Assembly: GCA_042408215.1 (NCBI GenBank)
Contig: JAYFMW010000021.1
Location: forward strand, 8,683 to 72,682
DNA from: Microcoleus sp.
GTDB taxonomy: Bacteria; Cyanobacteriota; Cyanobacteriia; Cyanobacteriales; Microcoleaceae
Reading direction: 5' to 3'
DNA: 64,000 nucleotides
The position numbers and the translations under genes are program-made. The number at the start of each line of letters is the position of its first letter. Position 1 is the stretch's first letter. Shown in pieces: positions 61,770-64,000 of this stretch. The notes beneath the pieces are model-generated. The model was not told the origin of the DNA. It did no database searches and was given only the letters and a program-made list of their open reading frames with translations.

Positions 61770-62120
61770 TTAGCAGGGAACTAATTCTTCCTCTCCCGGT
61801 AGGGCTGTGCTGGCGCTGACGCCGGACACCTGCTTTACTGGAAGCTCCTGCTCAGCCAATACGCTTGGCTGACTTGTTACGGATGCCAGTTCTCCATCTC
61901 GCATTACTACTGAACCCGTGCATTCTGGACAAGTGTATACCCGATGGGTTTGTCCGTAAGAGGCTTCTACTTCGTCAACCAGTTCGGCGTTTCCTAGGTA
62001 AAAGACAATTGCCCTTTCTGCAATTGATGACATCGGTTCAGATTCGACTGCTGCTTTGATTTTGAGCTGGCGATGCAGTTCTGGTGGAAGATACAATGTA
62101 ACTTTTTGCTTTTCTTGCAT
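61770..62120 (-). CDS. Small ribbon-helix-helix / Zn-ribbon protein, first gene of the ycf46-DUF1257 operon
   Basis: KVTLYLPPELHRQLK RHH-like motif and CPEC; synteny resembles the Synechocystis slr0373-0374-0376 operon. Confidence 0.75.
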   Translation of the reverse strand: MQEKQKVTLYLPPELHRQLKIKAAVESEPMSSIAERAIVFYLGNAELVDEVEASYGQTHRVYTCPECTGSVVMRDGELASVTSQPSVLAEQELPVKQVSGVSASTALPGEEELVPC

Positions 62121-62276
62121 AGGACTGTGAATTGACTTACCCGGGTATGTATATCAGAATAGCGGCTCCTTTCTTTGCTGTCAAGACTCTATGCTGCTTT
62201 AACGTCATTTTGTAATATTTCGTTACAAATTAGGGAGACTACAACGGCAAAATAGGGGATGTAGCTGATGAGGCAG

Positions 62277-62345
62277 GGGGAATTGGGAATCGGGAATTGG
62301 GAATCGGGAATTGGGAATCGGGAATTGGGAATCGGGAATTGGGCA
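62277..62345. repeat. STRR array (GGGAATT/GGGAATC)n
   Basis: Heptamer tandem repeats. Confidence 0.85.
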
Positions 62346-62366
62346 ATTGCTTCCACCGTTATATAG

Positions 62367-64000
62367 TTAAGCATCCGAATCCTGACTCCTGACTGCTGAC
62401 TCTTGGCTTCTGCCATACAAAGCAAAATCAATCAGCGTTTGCCGATAAACCTCCGGTAATCCCGTATCGAAACACCGCCCTTGCACCACATAACCCGTGA
62501 TTCCCTCAGACTGCCGCAACTTGTCCAAACAGGATGTCAACTGAAATTCGCCTCTTTCTCGAAAATTAGAATTAATATGTTCTGCCAAATAATCAAAGAT
62601 TTTAGGCCCAAGGACGTACATCCCCAAAAATGATAAAAATAGATCGTCTGCCATTCCTTCTACGCTTAAATGCTGCCGCGCATAGTCGATAGTCGGCTTT
62701 TCATAAAGTTGGGTAACAGACAAAATAGCATCTTGTTTCTGCCAAACTCCCGCCGCACAACCGTAGTGATGAATGACATCGGATGGTGTTACTCTCAAAC
62801 CGATGACGCTTTGCTGGACTTGCGAGTAAATATCCAATAGCTGGCGCGCACAAGAACTGTTAGTTTCAGACGAGTAAATGTGGTCGCCCAAAAGCAGGAG
62901 AAATGGCTCGTTGTTCGTCCATTCTTGAGCACAAAATACCGCGTGTCCGAATCCTTCCTGAATATCTTGAATAAGAATTGTAACTTTCTGACCTAAATCT
63001 TGTAAATATTTGCTATATTCTTGATTTGTCACAGAGAGTTTTTGGAAAAGTTCGGGAGACGGGGGAGTTTTAAAGAAATCTTCAAAAAATGTACGATCGC
63101 CCTTTTGGACAACTATCCCCACTTCTTCGATTCCCGCACTCAAAGCTTCTTCAACAATCGCCAAAATAATCGGTTTAGCGCGGCCGTCTCGATCGATAAT
63201 TGGAAATAGTTCTTTCTTAACTGCCTTAGTCGCCGGAAACATCCGAGTGCCGAAACCGGCGGCTGGAATAACTGCTTTGCGGACTCTGTAAGCAGAACCT
63301 ATTGTCATTTTTAGACATTGCATCTGGGGAAAATCCCGATCGATAATATCAATAACTTGCTGTTGACTATCCTCATCTTTCACAATAAATTGTGCCGTGC
63401 CATCTCCTTGAGAACCTACACCCTTGCCACCCAAAATATAAGGCTGAATCGGTTGATAATTCAGGAGTTTATGCAAAACAGGAGCAGTTAATTGGGATGG
63501 ACAAGCCGGGATTAAATACCTGTCAAATTCCCTCTGGGCAACTTGCATTAATTCCCCAATTTTTACCGGAGCTGCTTGTTGCAATGCTGACCCAGCATCT
63601 TGAGTAATTTGACAACTAATTGCACCGAGATATTTATGCACATTTTCTTGAACTTCATTGACCGCAAACGGATAAGCTTGATTTAAGCTTGCCAGGATTT
63701 CTTGTGTATTTTTGCTAGCGCCCAAATCCACTATTACAAAAAATAAATCTTTGGGAACTGTTAACTCAACAACATCCATTTGTGGGCCGTCAAAAATCAT
63801 CAGAATCGGTCGATTTCCATAAGCACAACCCTGATCCATGCGGCCGCAGCGGGGAGGTGTTGCAGTTTCGCCTAAATAGGCCATTTCCATTTCGTCGCGG
63901 ACGTTCATTTTTAGATCGTACAAGCGATTGAAAGCGCGGGCTACTAACACGCAAAATGCGGCACTGGAAGACAAGCCTTTCTGAATTGGCAAATCTGTTA
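62367..64000 (-). CDS. GHMP sugar kinase fused to a UTP-glucose-1-phosphate uridylyltransferase-like nucleotidyltransferase (5' end outside window)
   Basis: GHMP motif [10 protein letters not shown] plus CGRMDQ and GGKGVGS, followed by [27 protein letters not shown] and DTG. Confidence 0.85.
   Translation of the reverse strand, partial: TDLPIQKGLSSSAAFCVLVARAFNRLYDLKMNVRDEMEMAYLGETATPPRCGRMDQGCAYGNRPILMIFDGPQMDVVELTVPKDLFFVIVDLGASKNTQEILASLNQAYPFAVNEVQENVHKYLGAISCQITQDAGSALQQAAPVKIGELMQVAQREFDRYLIPACPSQLTAPVLHKLLNYQPIQPYILGGKGVGSQGDGTAQFIVKDEDSQQQVIDIIDRDFPQMQCLKMTIGSAYRVRKAVIPAAGFGTRMFPATKAVKKELFPIIDRDGRAKPIILAIVEEALSAGIEEVGIVVQKGDRTFFEDFFKTPPSPELFQKLSVTNQEYSKYLQDLGQKVTILIQDIQEGFGHAVFCAQEWTNNEPFLLLLGDHIYSSETNSSCARQLLDIYSQVQQSVIGLRVTPSDVIHHYGCAAGVWQKQDAILSVTQLYEKPTIDYARQHLSVEGMADDLFLSFLGMYVLGPKIFDYLAEHINSNFRERGEFQLTSCLDKLRQSEGITGYVVQGRCFDTGLPEVYRQTLIDFALYGRSQESAVRSQDSDA

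Overview
The window comes from a filamentous cyanobacterium. This is inferred from dense HIP1 (GCGATCGC) octamers, heptameric STRR arrays, a Yfr2 sRNA and a ycf46/DUF1257 operon; Microcoleus/Oscillatoriales-like is my best guess. It holds housekeeping genes (aroK, ubiX, rnr, clpP, rtcB, a TxlA-like thioredoxin, an RND permease), many signalling genes (Ser/Thr-His hybrid kinase, two class III cyclases, a cyanobacteriochrome hybrid kinase) and two surface-glycan clusters. It is also rich in small mobile DNA. The most notable region is 47.5-51.6 kb, where one histone-deacetylase-family gene is split by two different RNA-guided (OMEGA) elements. The first is an intact IscB plus omegaRNA with atypical ends, inserted in a HIP1-like CGATCG^C site. 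The second is a TnpB element whose junction coincides with an apparent ~38-codon deletion. A 289-bp ORF-less IS200/IS605 derivative at 16.4 kb carries its own consensus promoter and could express a stand-alone omegaRNA. Several frameshifts (rnr, two glycosyltransferases, an oxidoreductase) may be assembly errors. All assignments come from motif recognition by eye; no database searches were run.
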